IMG/VR virus record: IMGVR_UViG_3300027659_000031
Coordinates: 3,085-67,084 of that record
Reading direction: 5' to 3' (one strand)
Origin: a virus
Length of the DNA stretch: 64,000 bases
This document shows, one piece after another, positions 16,408 through 27,604 of the stretch (its first letter is position 1; every line of letters begins with the position of its first letter). Below the pieces are notes generated by a model. That model was not told where the DNA came from. It ran no database searches and saw only the letters and a program-made list of their open reading frames with translations. A program made the translations under genes and the position numbers.

Positions 16408-17850
16408 ATGGTAAATGGTTATATCCCTCAAGCACAAAGAAAAAAAATTTTATTTTTGTGCGATGATATTAGAATGACAAGCGGCATCTCTACAATGGCA
16501 AGAGAGATTGTTGTAGGAACAGCAGGAATATTTAACTGGATTAATTTAGGAGGTGCTATGAACCATCCTGAACAAGGTAAGAAGTTAGATATTTCACAAG
16601 ACACAAATAAGGTTTTAGGCATTAATGATTCGTCTGTTTTTATTTATCCTATTAATGGATACGGTTCTCCTGAAGTAATTAGACAGTTATTAGAAATAGA
16701 AAAGCCTGATGCTATTCTTTTCTTTACAGATCCTAGATATTGGATCTGGCTATTTCAAATGGAAAATGAGATTAGAAAGAAAATCCCTATGATCTATCTT
16801 AATATTTGGGATGATCTTCCAGCACCTTTATACAATAAGCCGTACTACGAATCTTGTGATACTATCATGGCTATTTCTAAACAAACTCTTAATATTAATA
16901 GAATGGTATTAGGAGATAAAGCTAAGGATAAGATCTTGAGTTATGTTCCTCATGGAATTAATGAGAGTATATTTTTCCCTATTACAGAATTCATGGCTAA
17001 TCATAATGAAAGATTGGTTAATAAAAGAAAAGAGATCTTCGGAGACTTTAACCCTGAGTTTATAGTTTTCTATAATGCTAGAAATATTAGGCGTAAATCA
17101 ACTTCTGATTTGATTGCTGCTTATTCTATATTCTGTGATAAAATAGGTGAAGAGAAAGCTAAGAAATGTGCTTTACTACTCCATACTCAGCCACTTGATG
17201 AAAATGGTACAGACTTACCTGTTGTAAAGGACTTGCTGTGTGATCCATCTTATCAAAAGGTTTATTTTTCTGATGCAAGACTCACAGCAGAAGATGTAAA
17301 TTTACTTTATAATATGTCAGATGTTACGGCTCTTATATCTTCTAACGAAGGATGGGGACTATCTTTGACAGAAGCTATGATGTCCGGAAAAATGATTATT
17401 GCAAATGTTACAGGCGGAATGCAAGATCAATTAAGGTTTGAAGATGAGACAGGCAAATGGATTGATTTTAACAATAAGTTCTGTTCTAATCATTATGGTA
17501 CATATAAGAAACATGGAGAGTGGGGCATAGGAGTTTTCCCTAACAATATGAGTATTGTTGGATCTATTCCTACACCTTATATATTTGATGATAGATGCGA
17601 CTTTAGAGATGTTGCAAATGCAATTCAAAATATATATGAACTTCCAGTAGAAGAAAGACAAACAAGAGGTTTAAAAGCTCGTAAATGGGTAACTTCAAAT
17701 GAGTCTATGATGAGTGCTAGAATAATGTGCGAGAATGTTGTTTCTACAATAAACAAAACATTCGAGAAGTTCAAACCAAGAAAAAACTTTGAATTAATTA
17801 AAACAGAAAAATTAGGAAAGAAAAAAATTGTACACCCTTTAGTATATTAA
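16408..17850 (+). CDS. GT-B glycosyltransferase (GT4-like)
   Basis: VPHGI, RNIRRK, LYNMSDV, EGWGLSLTEAM, TGGMQDQ. Confidence 0.85.
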   Translation: MVNGYIPQAQRKKILFLCDDIRMTSGISTMAREIVVGTAGIFNWINLGGAMNHPEQGKKLDISQDTNKVLGINDSSVFIYPINGYGSPEVIRQLLEIEKPDAILFFTDPRYWIWLFQMENEIRKKIPMIYLNIWDDLPAPLYNKPYYESCDTIMAISKQTLNINRMVLGDKAKDKILSYVPHGINESIFFPITEFMANHNERLVNKRKEIFGDFNPEFIVFYNARNIRRKSTSDLIAAYSIFCDKIGEEKAKKCALLLHTQPLDENGTDLPVVKDLLCDPSYQKVYFSDARLTAEDVNLLYNMSDVTALISSNEGWGLSLTEAMMSGKMIIANVTGGMQDQLRFEDETGKWIDFNNKFCSNHYGTYKKHGEWGIGVFPNNMSIVGSIPTPYIFDDRCDFRDVANAIQNIYELPVEERQTRGLKARKWVTSNESMMSARIMCENVVSTINKTFEKFKPRKNFELIKTEKLGKKKIVHPLVY

Positions 17851-17851
17851 T

Positions 17852-19156
17852 ATGAAACAGTTTTGCGTTATATCATGTCCAATTGACACATATTCAGGTT
17901 ATGGTGCTAGAGCTAGAGATCTTGTAAAGGCCATATACGAATTAAAGAAAGATGAGTGGGATATTAAAATTGCATCTCAAAGATGGGGAGTTACTCCTTG
18001 GGGATACATCAATGATAATAAAGAAGAGTGGGAATGGTTATTTCCACTGATATTAACAAATCCTCAATTACAAAGACAACCTGATATTTGGATGCAGCTT
18101 ACAGTTCCAAATGAATTTCAACCAATAGGTAAGTATAATATAGGATTAACTGCTGGTATAGAAACTACTATTTGTGATCCTAGTTGGATTGAAGGAATTA
18201 ATAGGATGGACACTACATTAGTATCTTCTCAACATGCCAAAGAAGTATTTCAAAAATCTGCATTTGAGAAAAGAGACCAACAAAATAATGTAGTAGAAGT
18301 AGTTAAACTAAATAAGCCGGTAGAAGTATTATTTGAAGGTGTAGATCTTAATAAATACTTTTTCATTCAAGATGAAGACTTAGAAGAAACAAATCTTGTT
18401 TTAGAGTTAGATGAAATTAATGAAGAGTTTTGTTATTTGTTTGTAGGACATTGGTTGCAAGGTGAGATTGGTGAGGATAGAAAGAATATTGGGCTTATGA
18501 TCAAAACATTCCTTGAGACATTCAAAGATAAAAAGAATAAGCCTGCATTAATTATAAAAACGTCTGGAGCTGGTGCATGTATAATGGACAGGGATGAAAT
18601 GCTAAGAAAGATAGATCAAGTAAGATCTACAGTTAGTGGCAACTTACCAAACATATACTTGCTTCATGGAGAATTAGATGATAAAGATATAAACAATCTT
18701 TATAACCATCCTAAAGTAAAAGCTATGTTTAACCTTACTAAAGGTGAAGGTTTTGGTAGGCCTATCTTAGAATTTACATTAGCAAAAAAACCAATCATAG
18801 TTTCAGGTTGGTCTGGACACATGGACTTCTTGGATAAGGAATTTAATTGTCTATTGAATGGCGAGTTAAGAAACGTGCATCCATCTGCTCAAGTACAAAA
18901 TATGATATTAGCAGAATCACAATGGTTCAGTCCTGATATATCGCAAGCTAAACAATTCTTAGAAGAAGTTTATGAGAAATATAACAAATACCAAGAATTA
19001 GCTAAAAGACAATCTCATTTGACTAGAACTAATTATTGTTTTGAAGAGATGAAAAAACTTGTTGGCCTGTACTTAGATAGAGTACCTAAACAAGTAGAAG
19101 TGCAACTTCCTAAATTAAAGAAAATAGAACTTCCTAAATTAAAAAAAGTAGACTAA
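17852..19156 (+). CDS. GT-B glycosyltransferase (GT4-like)
   Basis: SGYG, DRKNIG, GEGFGRPILE, WSGHMDF. Confidence 0.85.
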   Translation: MKQFCVISCPIDTYSGYGARARDLVKAIYELKKDEWDIKIASQRWGVTPWGYINDNKEEWEWLFPLILTNPQLQRQPDIWMQLTVPNEFQPIGKYNIGLTAGIETTICDPSWIEGINRMDTTLVSSQHAKEVFQKSAFEKRDQQNNVVEVVKLNKPVEVLFEGVDLNKYFFIQDEDLEETNLVLELDEINEEFCYLFVGHWLQGEIGEDRKNIGLMIKTFLETFKDKKNKPALIIKTSGAGACIMDRDEMLRKIDQVRSTVSGNLPNIYLLHGELDDKDINNLYNHPKVKAMFNLTKGEGFGRPILEFTLAKKPIIVSGWSGHMDFLDKEFNCLLNGELRNVHPSAQVQNMILAESQWFSPDISQAKQFLEEVYEKYNKYQELAKRQSHLTRTNYCFEEMKKLVGLYLDRVPKQVEVQLPKLKKIELPKLKKVD

Positions 19157-19557
19157 TGACATCTAGAGATTTTACAATCTGGCTTCGCGGATTCACAGAA
19201 GCTTGTAATGATTATACTGCGACACCAAAACAATGGGATCGCATTAAGGAAGTGTTAGAAGATGTAGAAGATTATGATGACAATCCTGGAATAGATGTTG
19301 AAATAGATGGCTGGGGTTCAAGATGGTCATCTTCGCCATGTTATAATCCTAATTTGACTGTGCCACTGACTGGAACAATATCTGTATCAGGATCTGGCTC
19401 ACCCATTATTACTACTGGTGGAACCGGAACCACCACTAATACTGTACGGAATGATAAGATGGGTTGTTGGCATTATACAAACTACCCTGAAGGGTTTGGA
19501 TATTTTACAAATAGTACAGCTGAATCTAAAAAAGAAAAACAACAACTCAATGACTGA
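19156..19557 (+). CDS. hypothetical protein
   Basis: F..WL.GF N-terminus, Thr/Gly-rich middle; abuts upstream stop. Confidence 0.6.
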   Translation: MTSRDFTIWLRGFTEACNDYTATPKQWDRIKEVLEDVEDYDDNPGIDVEIDGWGSRWSSSPCYNPNLTVPLTGTISVSGSGSPIITTGGTGTTTNTVRNDKMGCWHYTNYPEGFGYFTNSTAESKKEKQQLND

Positions 19558-20002
19558 TAATTTAATAACATGCCCAAAGTGTAGTGTAGCAGAATCTTGC
19601 TATGTATTACCTATTAATGAGTTTCATAAGTCCTATGTTTGTTTTAACTGCGGTTTTCAAACAAATGATTTAATGCGTGAAGGTGAATTTGACTTTGAGG
19701 AGTATGAAAATGAAATACCTGAATTGTATAAAGAGATTAAGTATACAGATTCAGAAGGTAGAGTATGGTATCCGCATATTATTAATTTAGAAGGTAAAGG
19801 AACTGTATTTGCCAATGGTTCATCAAAAGAAGATTGGCAATGGAGTGCAATTAAGTCTGTACTTCTAACAGAAGAAGAAAAAGAAAGTCTTAAGTTTAAA
19901 GGAAAATTATTTAAATCAGATTCAAAGACCTTACAAAATTTTGGTATAGACTATTTTGCTGCCTGTGATTATATATCTTTTTTTGATATACAATTAAATT
20001 AA
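19550..20002 (+). CDS. zinc-ribbon hypothetical protein
   Basis: CPKC and CFNCGF; start set at MTDNL. Confidence 0.6.
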   Translation: MTDNLITCPKCSVAESCYVLPINEFHKSYVCFNCGFQTNDLMREGEFDFEEYENEIPELYKEIKYTDSEGRVWYPHIINLEGKGTVFANGSSKEDWQWSAIKSVLLTEEEKESLKFKGKLFKSDSKTLQNFGIDYFAACDYISFFDIQLN

Positions 20003-20006
20003 TGTT

Positions 20007-20627
20007 ATGCCAACAATTAGTTATGCAATTACAGCATGTAATGAACATGTTGAATTAGATAGGCTATTAGAAATTCTTACAGAATCTATAAGACCAGAAG
20101 ATGAAATAGTTATTCAATTAGATAAAACAGCAACAGTAGAAGTAAGATCTACTTGTTTTGATTTTGGTAGATCAAACTTAAGAGTCATTGAGTTTCCTTT
20201 AAATAATGACTTTGCAGCATTCAAAAATAATCTTAGTAGAGAGTGCCTTAAAGACTACATCTTCCAAATAGATGCAGACGAATATCCTAATCCAGATTTT
20301 ATTGCTAACTTGGCAGATATATTAGAATACAATCAAACAATTGATGTATTTTTAGTACCAAGGATTAATACAGTATCAGAATTAACTGAGCAGCATATTC
20401 AAAAATGGGGATGGAGAGTTAATGATAAAGGTTGGGTTAATTTCCCTGATTATCAATGGAGAATATGGAAAAATAAAGTAGGTATTCATTGGATAAATAA
20501 AGTCCATGAAAAACTGAATGGGTACAAAGAATTTTCACTACTTCCTCAATCTGAAGAATATTGTTTAATTCATCCAAAAGACATCGCAAGACAAGAAAGA
20601 CAAAATCAATATTATAATACAATTTAG
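20007..20627 (+). CDS. GT2 glycosyltransferase
   Basis: ISYAITACNE, IFQIDADE (DxD), PDYQWR, VHE. Confidence 0.85.
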   Translation: MPTISYAITACNEHVELDRLLEILTESIRPEDEIVIQLDKTATVEVRSTCFDFGRSNLRVIEFPLNNDFAAFKNNLSRECLKDYIFQIDADEYPNPDFIANLADILEYNQTIDVFLVPRINTVSELTEQHIQKWGWRVNDKGWVNFPDYQWRIWKNKVGIHWINKVHEKLNGYKEFSLLPQSEEYCLIHPKDIARQERQNQYYNTI

Positions 20628-20629
20628 TT

Positions 20630-21991
20630 ATGGCAAAAAAAGAAACCTATCAAGATTTAGAAGATTACAAATTTACAGAAAAAAAGATTCTTAGGTTAGT
20701 AGAAAGATATATTCAGCAAAAACACTATGATAAAAAGTGGGAAGCAGGTAAAGACTGGGTTCAATACGCAGGACCTTATTTTGATTCTAAAGAATATGTA
20801 GCAGCAATTAAAAGCTTATTGACTGAGTGGTTAGTATTAGGTGCTGATGCTAATAAGTTTGAAACTAAGTTCCCAAAAAAGTTTGGTAAAGAGTATGGAC
20901 TATTAGCTAATTCAGGATCTAGTGCTAACTTATTGATGATGCTAGCACTAACATCTAAGAGAGGTTTAAACTTACCTAAAGGCACAAAAGTTATTACTCC
21001 TATTGCAGGTTTTCCTACTACTATTAATCCTATCTTACAAGTAGGCTTTACTCCTGTATTTGTAGATATTGAACTACAAACATTGAATCTTGATCTTGAT
21101 CAAGTAGAAAAAGCCTGTATTGATAATCCTGATGCAAAAATCATTACATTTGCACATGTACTTGGCAATCCTCCCAACATGAATAGATTGATGGAGATCA
21201 TTGAGAAGTATAAACTAATCTTGTTAGAAGACTGTTGTGATGCATTAGGATCCTTCTATGAAGGTAAACCTTTAGGATCGTTTGGAGAATTAGCAACTTG
21301 TTCATTCTATCCAGCACACCATATGACTATGGCTGAAGGTGGATTTGTTGCATGTAAAGATGAGAACACTGAAAGGATTATACGTAGCTTTAGAGAATGG
21401 GGTCGTGGTTGTTATTGTATAGGTAAACAAAACCTATTAGAGAAAGGATCTTGTGGCTGTCGCTTCAATACATGGCTACCATCGCTACCAAATGATCTGT
21501 TCGACCATAAATATGTCTATGAAGAGATAGGCTATAATTTGAAACCTATTGAGCTTCAGGCATCAATGGGATTGGTACAGATGGAGAAGTTAGAAGAGAT
21601 TGGACAAAAGCGTAGAGATAACTACAAGAATCTATTTAGTGCATTTAAAAAGTACAAACAGTATTTCCATTTACATGAAGCACAATTAGGAGCTGATGTT
21701 GATTGGTTTGCATTTCCTGTAACTCTTAGAGATGACGCACCATTTAAAAGATCTGATATCTGTCAATTCTTTGAAGCAAATAAAGTTCAAACAAGACCAT
21801 ACTTTGCAGGTAACATTATGTTACAGCCAGCATATGAAGGACTCATGGATCCAAAAGAAGTTATTGAAAAGTTTCCTATCGCTAGAAAAGTTACTACTGA
21901 CACTTTCTTCTTAGGCACATCTCCAGTAATTAATAAAGAGAAGACAGATTATATTGAAATGATTCTTAATAAATTTATAGATCAACTATGA
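20630..21991 (+). CDS. rfbH: NDP-4-keto-6-deoxyglucose 3-dehydrase (E1, RfbH/DdhC)
   Basis: NSGSSANL, EDCCDALGS, SFYPAHHMT (His in place of Schiff-base Lys), WGRGCYC...CGCRF Fe-S cysteines, DHKY.Y.EIGYNLK. Confidence 0.88.
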   Translation: MAKKETYQDLEDYKFTEKKILRLVERYIQQKHYDKKWEAGKDWVQYAGPYFDSKEYVAAIKSLLTEWLVLGADANKFETKFPKKFGKEYGLLANSGSSANLLMMLALTSKRGLNLPKGTKVITPIAGFPTTINPILQVGFTPVFVDIELQTLNLDLDQVEKACIDNPDAKIITFAHVLGNPPNMNRLMEIIEKYKLILLEDCCDALGSFYEGKPLGSFGELATCSFYPAHHMTMAEGGFVACKDENTERIIRSFREWGRGCYCIGKQNLLEKGSCGCRFNTWLPSLPNDLFDHKYVYEEIGYNLKPIELQASMGLVQMEKLEEIGQKRRDNYKNLFSAFKKYKQYFHLHEAQLGADVDWFAFPVTLRDDAPFKRSDICQFFEANKVQTRPYFAGNIMLQPAYEGLMDPKEVIEKFPIARKVTTDTFFLGTSPVINKEKTDYIEMILNKFIDQL

Positions 21992-22977
21992 AAATAGCTT
22001 TTGTTAGTGAACTTCCTTTACATGGTAAAGTACCTGATAATTACTTTAATATGAGAACAGAGTTTGCTTGGATGCATGCTCTAAATGCAGATCATTACAA
22101 TATAAGAAAGACTGATAAGATACTTAACTACGATCATGTTTTTATAATCTTTCCAAAAGGAGAGGTCTATCTAAATGCAGTAGGATCAAAACTAATAGAT
22201 AAACAAAACCCAGTGTCTGATATACTCAGATCATCTTTAGTAACAGACCTTAAAAGAAAAAATAAAAAGGTTCATTATGTACAAGAGGGTCCTCATTGGT
22301 TATTTAATGACTATGAGATATATGATCAGATCTACTTCTATAATATGATTCAAGAGTGTGATTCTATATTTGCACATAACGAACATGATAGAGTTTATTA
22401 TAAAGGAATATTTCTAAACAAACCTGTTAATACTATCCAGACATTAATGATAGAAGATTTAATTAAAGACATCATACCTACTAAAGAAAATAAAACAATC
22501 ATAGGAGGAAACTTTGCAAGGTGGTATGGAGGGTTTGAAAGTTATATGGTAGCTGATAATTTTGGTACAGAAATATGGGCGCAGGAGTCTCATGCAAAGA
22601 GGCAGGGTGAAGAGATGGTAGAAGGTATAAAACATCTGCCTAGACTTATATGGTTAGACTGGATGAAGTCATTATCAACTTTCAAATACGCTGTTCATCT
22701 AATGCCTACAATTGCAGCTGGTACATTTAGTTTAAACTGTGCATATTTTGGTATACCCTGTATTGGAAATAGAGAGGTTGACACACAGAAGCTATGTCAT
22801 CCTAATTTAGCCGTTGATGTTAATGATATTCAGTATGCAACTGAATTGGCAAAGAGACTTAAAGAAGATCAAGGCTTTTATGAAGATTGTTCTTATCAAG
22901 CTAAACATAACTACGAGTCTTTCTATTCAATAGAAGATTGGAAAGAGAATATGAATAATATACTAAATAAAATATAA
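21988..22977 (+). CDS. putative GT-B glycosyltransferase
   Basis: C-terminal AAGTFSLNCAYFGIPCIG resembles GT-B donor-binding motif; cluster context. Confidence 0.55.
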   Translation: MKIAFVSELPLHGKVPDNYFNMRTEFAWMHALNADHYNIRKTDKILNYDHVFIIFPKGEVYLNAVGSKLIDKQNPVSDILRSSLVTDLKRKNKKVHYVQEGPHWLFNDYEIYDQIYFYNMIQECDSIFAHNEHDRVYYKGIFLNKPVNTIQTLMIEDLIKDIIPTKENKTIIGGNFARWYGGFESYMVADNFGTEIWAQESHAKRQGEEMVEGIKHLPRLIWLDWMKSLSTFKYAVHLMPTIAAGTFSLNCAYFGIPCIGNREVDTQKLCHPNLAVDVNDIQYATELAKRLKEDQGFYEDCSYQAKHNYESFYSIEDWKENMNNILNKI

Positions 22978-22978
22978 C

Positions 22979-24037
22979 ATGAAAACAGCATTAGTACTTG
23001 GAGCCGGTGGCTTTATTGGATCTCATTTAGTTAAGAGATTAAAAGAAGAAGGTTTTTGGGTTCGTGGAGTTGATTTAAAATATCCTGAACATTGGGATAC
23101 TATTGCAGATGATTTTATAACTTGTGATTTAAGAGATTCAAAAAATGTAGAGTCTGTTATTAGACTAGAAGCCTATCAAGGATTTCCTCTACCTAGTAAG
23201 CATAGTCAATATCCATTTTCTGAATTACTTGTATTTAATGAAGTATATCAATTGGCCGCAGATATGGGTGGAGCTGGATATATTTTTACAGGAGAGCATG
23301 ATGCTGATGTAATGCATAATTCTGCTTTGATTAATTTAAATGTAGCTCATTACGCAGTAAAAGGTAAAGTAAAAAGAGTTTTCTATTCCTCCTCAGCTTG
23401 TATGTACCCAGAACATAATCAGATAGATCCAGCAAATCCTAATTGCAAAGAAAGTTCAGCATATCCTGCTAATCCAGATTCAGAATACGGATGGGAGAAA
23501 TTATTCAGCGAGCGTTTATATTTAGCTTTTAATAGAAATTATAATCTTGATGTAAGAATAGCTCGTTTTCATAATATATTTGGACCGTATGGAACTTGGA
23601 AAGGAGGAAAAGAAAAAGCGCCTGCTGCAATGTGTCGTAAAGCTGCAGAAACTTTAGAAGGAGAAAATATAGAAGTCTGGGGAGATGGACAACAAACTAG
23701 ATCATTTCTTTATATAGATGAATGTATTAACAGAGTATTAGAGTTCATGAGGCAAGATTCATTTATAGGACCTGTAAACATAGGTTCAGAAGAGATGGTT
23801 ACTATTAATAGACTAGCGCAATTAGCAATAGACGCGTCAGGAAAAAATATATCTATCAAGAATATATCAGGACAAGAGTTTGAGTCAAAGTATGGATTCA
23901 AGTGTCCTGTAGGTGTTAGAGGTAGAAATAGTGACAGTACTCTTTATAAGAAAGAAATGGGATCTGACGTATACTATCCTTTAGATAAAGGTATTAAAGA
24001 AACTTTTGATTGGATTAGTAAACAAGTAAACTCATAA
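22979..24037 (+). CDS. GDP-mannose 3,5-epimerase-like extended SDR
   Basis: GAGGFIG, QLAADMGGAGYI, YSSSACMYP, YGWEKL, GGKEKAPAAMCRK, GVRGRNSD. Confidence 0.85.
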   Translation: MKTALVLGAGGFIGSHLVKRLKEEGFWVRGVDLKYPEHWDTIADDFITCDLRDSKNVESVIRLEAYQGFPLPSKHSQYPFSELLVFNEVYQLAADMGGAGYIFTGEHDADVMHNSALINLNVAHYAVKGKVKRVFYSSSACMYPEHNQIDPANPNCKESSAYPANPDSEYGWEKLFSERLYLAFNRNYNLDVRIARFHNIFGPYGTWKGGKEKAPAAMCRKAAETLEGENIEVWGDGQQTRSFLYIDECINRVLEFMRQDSFIGPVNIGSEEMVTINRLAQLAIDASGKNISIKNISGQEFESKYGFKCPVGVRGRNSDSTLYKKEMGSDVYYPLDKGIKETFDWISKQVNS

Positions 24038-24729
24038 TGTCTAAAATTTTTATTACTGGAGGTAAAGGAATACTAGGTAGTAAATTGGTTCTGTCTTTAT
24101 TATCTAATCATGATGTATATGCACCAGATAAAAAAGATTGTGATATAACCAATTTATCAGAGGTTAAAAATGCAATAAATCAATATCAACCAGATATAGT
24201 GATACATGCAGCTGCATATGTAGATACCTTTGGATGCGAGAAAAATCCAATTAGTGCAATAGACACAAATATTATAGGTACTATAAACTTAGTTAAATCT
24301 ATTTTAGAATTAAGTTGTAAATTTGTTTATATATCGTCTGAATATGTTTTTGGTGGCGACAGAGGGTACTATACAGTTGAAGACAAATTAGATCCAAAAA
24401 ATATATATGGTAAAACAAAAGCATCATCAGAATATATTGTTTCAATATTAGAAAATTATCAAATAATAAGAGCTCCATTTATAAGAAAAGTTTATCCTAA
24501 AGTATTTACAGATCAGTATTGCTCTAGATACTTTCTTGATGAAGCTGTACAGAAGATCATTTATAATATTATGAATAATAATGATAAGATAGTTCACATA
24601 GCTACAGAAAGAATGTCCTTATATGATTTATATATCAACAAAGGAATATATGCAGATCCTATAACAATGGATGAACATTTTCTACAAGTTATACCTAAAG
24701 ATACTAGTTTAATAAATAATAGCATATAA
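24037..24729 (+). CDS. dTDP-4-dehydrorhamnose reductase-like SDR (RmlD-like, short)
   Basis: GGKGILG, HAAAY, YISSEYVFGG, YGKTK. Confidence 0.75.
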   Translation: MSKIFITGGKGILGSKLVLSLLSNHDVYAPDKKDCDITNLSEVKNAINQYQPDIVIHAAAYVDTFGCEKNPISAIDTNIIGTINLVKSILELSCKFVYISSEYVFGGDRGYYTVEDKLDPKNIYGKTKASSEYIVSILENYQIIRAPFIRKVYPKVFTDQYCSRYFLDEAVQKIIYNIMNNNDKIVHIATERMSLYDLYINKGIYADPITMDEHFLQVIPKDTSLINNSI

Positions 24730-24730
24730 T

Positions 24731-25675
24731 ATGAAAAAAAATAGAGTTGCATGCGTAGTATTTTATACAGATGATAGATATGACGGTTTAGTTAGTAATG
24801 TTAGAAATAGTTTTTTATCCTTTCATAAAGATGAAGCAGACTATTATCAAATAGATTATACTAACCAAAAAGAATATAATGATTCACTAGAGTACTTTGA
24901 ATATGCACCAGAAACCTTTCTTATGCAATACATTTATGCATATGAAATAATGAGAAAATATAATTATGAGAAGGTTATTATTTTAGGTTCAGATACTATA
25001 GTTTGTAATAGAATGGATGAGTTTATGGATAATGATACAACTCCTGTATTAGCAACATCCAATTACTATATTCATGAAGAAACAGAATATTGGAGTGCAC
25101 CTATTATACAAATAACTTTACCAGATGGATCTACTGAAATAGAGCATTTGAATATTAATGCTGATGTGGTTTGTTTTAATAGCCATGAAGCGTTAAAAAA
25201 AGTAATTGAACTTAGTATAGAGCATTATGGATATTTCTCCATTCAAGGAGGATTGAATGAACTTGCATGGGCAGATAAGTCTTATGAAGTAGGAGTAGTT
25301 GATTTACCATATTCATTAAGTAATGTGGCATATAATGTAAGATCTAAAGGCGTTCCTAGAACTAATATGATCAAAGAAGGGTTATTAGCAAATTGCTGGC
25401 CTCATAATGTTCATGGTTTTCCACATGAATGGTTGGCTAAAAGAGATTTGATTGATGGTAAACCATCTCCTATAAGAAAGTGGTATGTTAAAGATGGTAA
25501 ACTATTTACTCATGAGCATAAGCAGATAAAATGTTTTCACTTTGTTGAAGGAATAGGAGGTAGACCTTTAGAAGATTTTATGACGTACATAAATGATTTT
25601 AAAACAAATTGGTTTAACGAAGATACAATTAAGTATTTTAAAGAGATATGTAATTGCACTGAATTTTTTAATTAA
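24731..25675 (+). CDS. putative GT-A glycosyltransferase
   Basis: LGSDT, NADV, QGGLN and HF motifs in GT8-like arrangement; cluster context. Confidence 0.5.
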   Translation: MKKNRVACVVFYTDDRYDGLVSNVRNSFLSFHKDEADYYQIDYTNQKEYNDSLEYFEYAPETFLMQYIYAYEIMRKYNYEKVIILGSDTIVCNRMDEFMDNDTTPVLATSNYYIHEETEYWSAPIIQITLPDGSTEIEHLNINADVVCFNSHEALKKVIELSIEHYGYFSIQGGLNELAWADKSYEVGVVDLPYSLSNVAYNVRSKGVPRTNMIKEGLLANCWPHNVHGFPHEWLAKRDLIDGKPSPIRKWYVKDGKLFTHEHKQIKCFHFVEGIGGRPLEDFMTYINDFKTNWFNEDTIKYFKEICNCTEFFN

Positions 25676-25684
25676 AATTTAAAT

Positions 25685-27604
25685 ATGTATAAAGTTGTTC
25701 ACAAACCTTGGGGTAAAGAAGAATGGTTAGAATTAAATGATGCGTATTGTTACAAGAGAATATACATCAATGCTGGATACAAAACTAGCTTTCAATATCA
25801 TCAATTCAAAAAAGAAACAAACTATATTATAGATGGTATAGCAGAGGTATGGTTAGAAAATGATGAAGGAGTAGTTGAGAAAAAGATAATGAAAAGAGGA
25901 GAGTTTTTCAACGTAACCCCACCTAAAAAGCATAGAGTAATTGCTATCACAGATATTATTTTACAAGAAGTATCTACCCCTCATGTAGACGATGTATTCA
26001 GAATAGATGATGAATTTAATAGAGCAGATGGTAAAATAGAAGCAGAACATAAAACTCCTGCAGTCTTAATTCTATCTGCTGGATTAGGAAGTAGATTGAA
26101 AGATCTTACTAAGAATATTAATAAGGCAATGATTCCGATAAATAATAAGGCAATCATATCTTATATTGTAGAGAAGTTTCCTTCTAATTATGATTTTATA
26201 TTAGCTCTAGGATATAAAGGAGAGGAACTAAAACAATACTGCCAATTAGCTCATCCCAATATTAATTTTACTTTTGTTAATGTAGACAAAATAGAAGGAG
26301 CTGGATCTGGACCTGGGTACTCTGCTTTTAAATGTAAAGAATATCTACAAAGACCATTTTATTTTATCGTATCAGATTGTATCATAGATTCTAAGATGCC
26401 TCATTTAGATGGTAACTGGTTAGGAGTTTATCCTACTAGTTATCCTGAAAAATACTCTACTGTAGAAATAGATCAAGATAGCAACATATTAAGTTTAGTT
26501 AATAAAGATGAACAGGGATATGATAATGCTTTTATAGGATTGGCTAGTATTTGGGACTATGATATATTTTGGAACGAATTAAAAGATAGTAATAGTGAAG
26601 AGATTATCTCAGCATTTAAAGACTTTTCCAAGTATCCTAGTTTTAAATCTAAAGAATTAAAGTGGATAGACACAGGTAATTTAGATGATTTGAATAATGC
26701 TAAAGAGCATTTTAATGACAATCCACTATCATTATATAAGGCAACAGATGAGATAACATATAAATGCGGAACGTTTATTAAGTTTAATCCAGATACAAAC
26801 TTCATAAAAAATAAATCAAAGAGAGCCGAGATATTAAAATCAATAGTACCATCAGGATATAAAAATACAAGTTATTTTATATCTTATAACTGGGAACCTG
26901 GAATGACTCTCTATTCATATGATCAATATTCACTATATAGTAAGTTTTTAGAATTTTATAAAAATATCTTATCTTCATCAAAGAAATGGAAAGGATCTAA
27001 TACATCAGAACTTGTTTATGACTTTTATGTAACTAAAACCAATAAAAGAAAGAATTTGTTTCTAGATAAGTTTGGGTCTGAATACTATACAGAGCAGTAT
27101 ACTATTAATGGTAAAAAATATGATTCTATGCAGTCTACAATAGATAACATAGATCTATCAATATTCAAAGATACTCATTTCTATAATATGTTTCATGGAG
27201 ATTTACAGTTTGATAACATACTTTACAATGATCAAAATGATAAGTTTACATACATAGATTGGAGAGAATCATTTGCAGGTAATATAGAAGGCGGAGATAT
27301 ATATTATGATCTTGCTAAATTATATGGCGGATGTTTAATTCCTTATAATCTAATGAAAGAGAAAGATCCTATATCTTTATTAGAAGGATCTTCTACAGTT
27401 GAATATTCATATTATATACCTCAAGATCTTAATAGGTTTAAAATAATATATGAAAAATGGATATTAGATCAAGGATTTGATTTGAATAAAGTTAAACTAA
27501 TAACCGGTATTATATTTTTGAATATGTCTCCTTTACATGATAGAGTATTTGCAAAAATGCTATGGTTTAAATCAATACAACTTCTAAATGATCTTAATAA
27601 ATAA
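25685..27604 (+). CDS. fusion: cupin + nucleotidyltransferase + APH/choline-kinase-like domain
   Basis: KPWGKE..SFQYH..K.ET cupin; LSAGLGSRL..K NTP-transferase; HGDLQFDN..IDWR..YYDLAKL kinase. Confidence 0.8.
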   Translation: MYKVVHKPWGKEEWLELNDAYCYKRIYINAGYKTSFQYHQFKKETNYIIDGIAEVWLENDEGVVEKKIMKRGEFFNVTPPKKHRVIAITDIILQEVSTPHVDDVFRIDDEFNRADGKIEAEHKTPAVLILSAGLGSRLKDLTKNINKAMIPINNKAIISYIVEKFPSNYDFILALGYKGEELKQYCQLAHPNINFTFVNVDKIEGAGSGPGYSAFKCKEYLQRPFYFIVSDCIIDSKMPHLDGNWLGVYPTSYPEKYSTVEIDQDSNILSLVNKDEQGYDNAFIGLASIWDYDIFWNELKDSNSEEIISAFKDFSKYPSFKSKELKWIDTGNLDDLNNAKEHFNDNPLSLYKATDEITYKCGTFIKFNPDTNFIKNKSKRAEILKSIVPSGYKNTSYFISYNWEPGMTLYSYDQYSLYSKFLEFYKNILSSSKKWKGSNTSELVYDFYVTKTNKRKNLFLDKFGSEYYTEQYTINGKKYDSMQSTIDNIDLSIFKDTHFYNMFHGDLQFDNILYNDQNDKFTYIDWRESFAGNIEGGDIYYDLAKLYGGCLIPYNLMKEKDPISLLEGSSTVEYSYYIPQDLNRFKIIYEKWILDQGFDLNKVKLITGIIFLNMSPLHDRVFAKMLWFKSIQLLNDLNK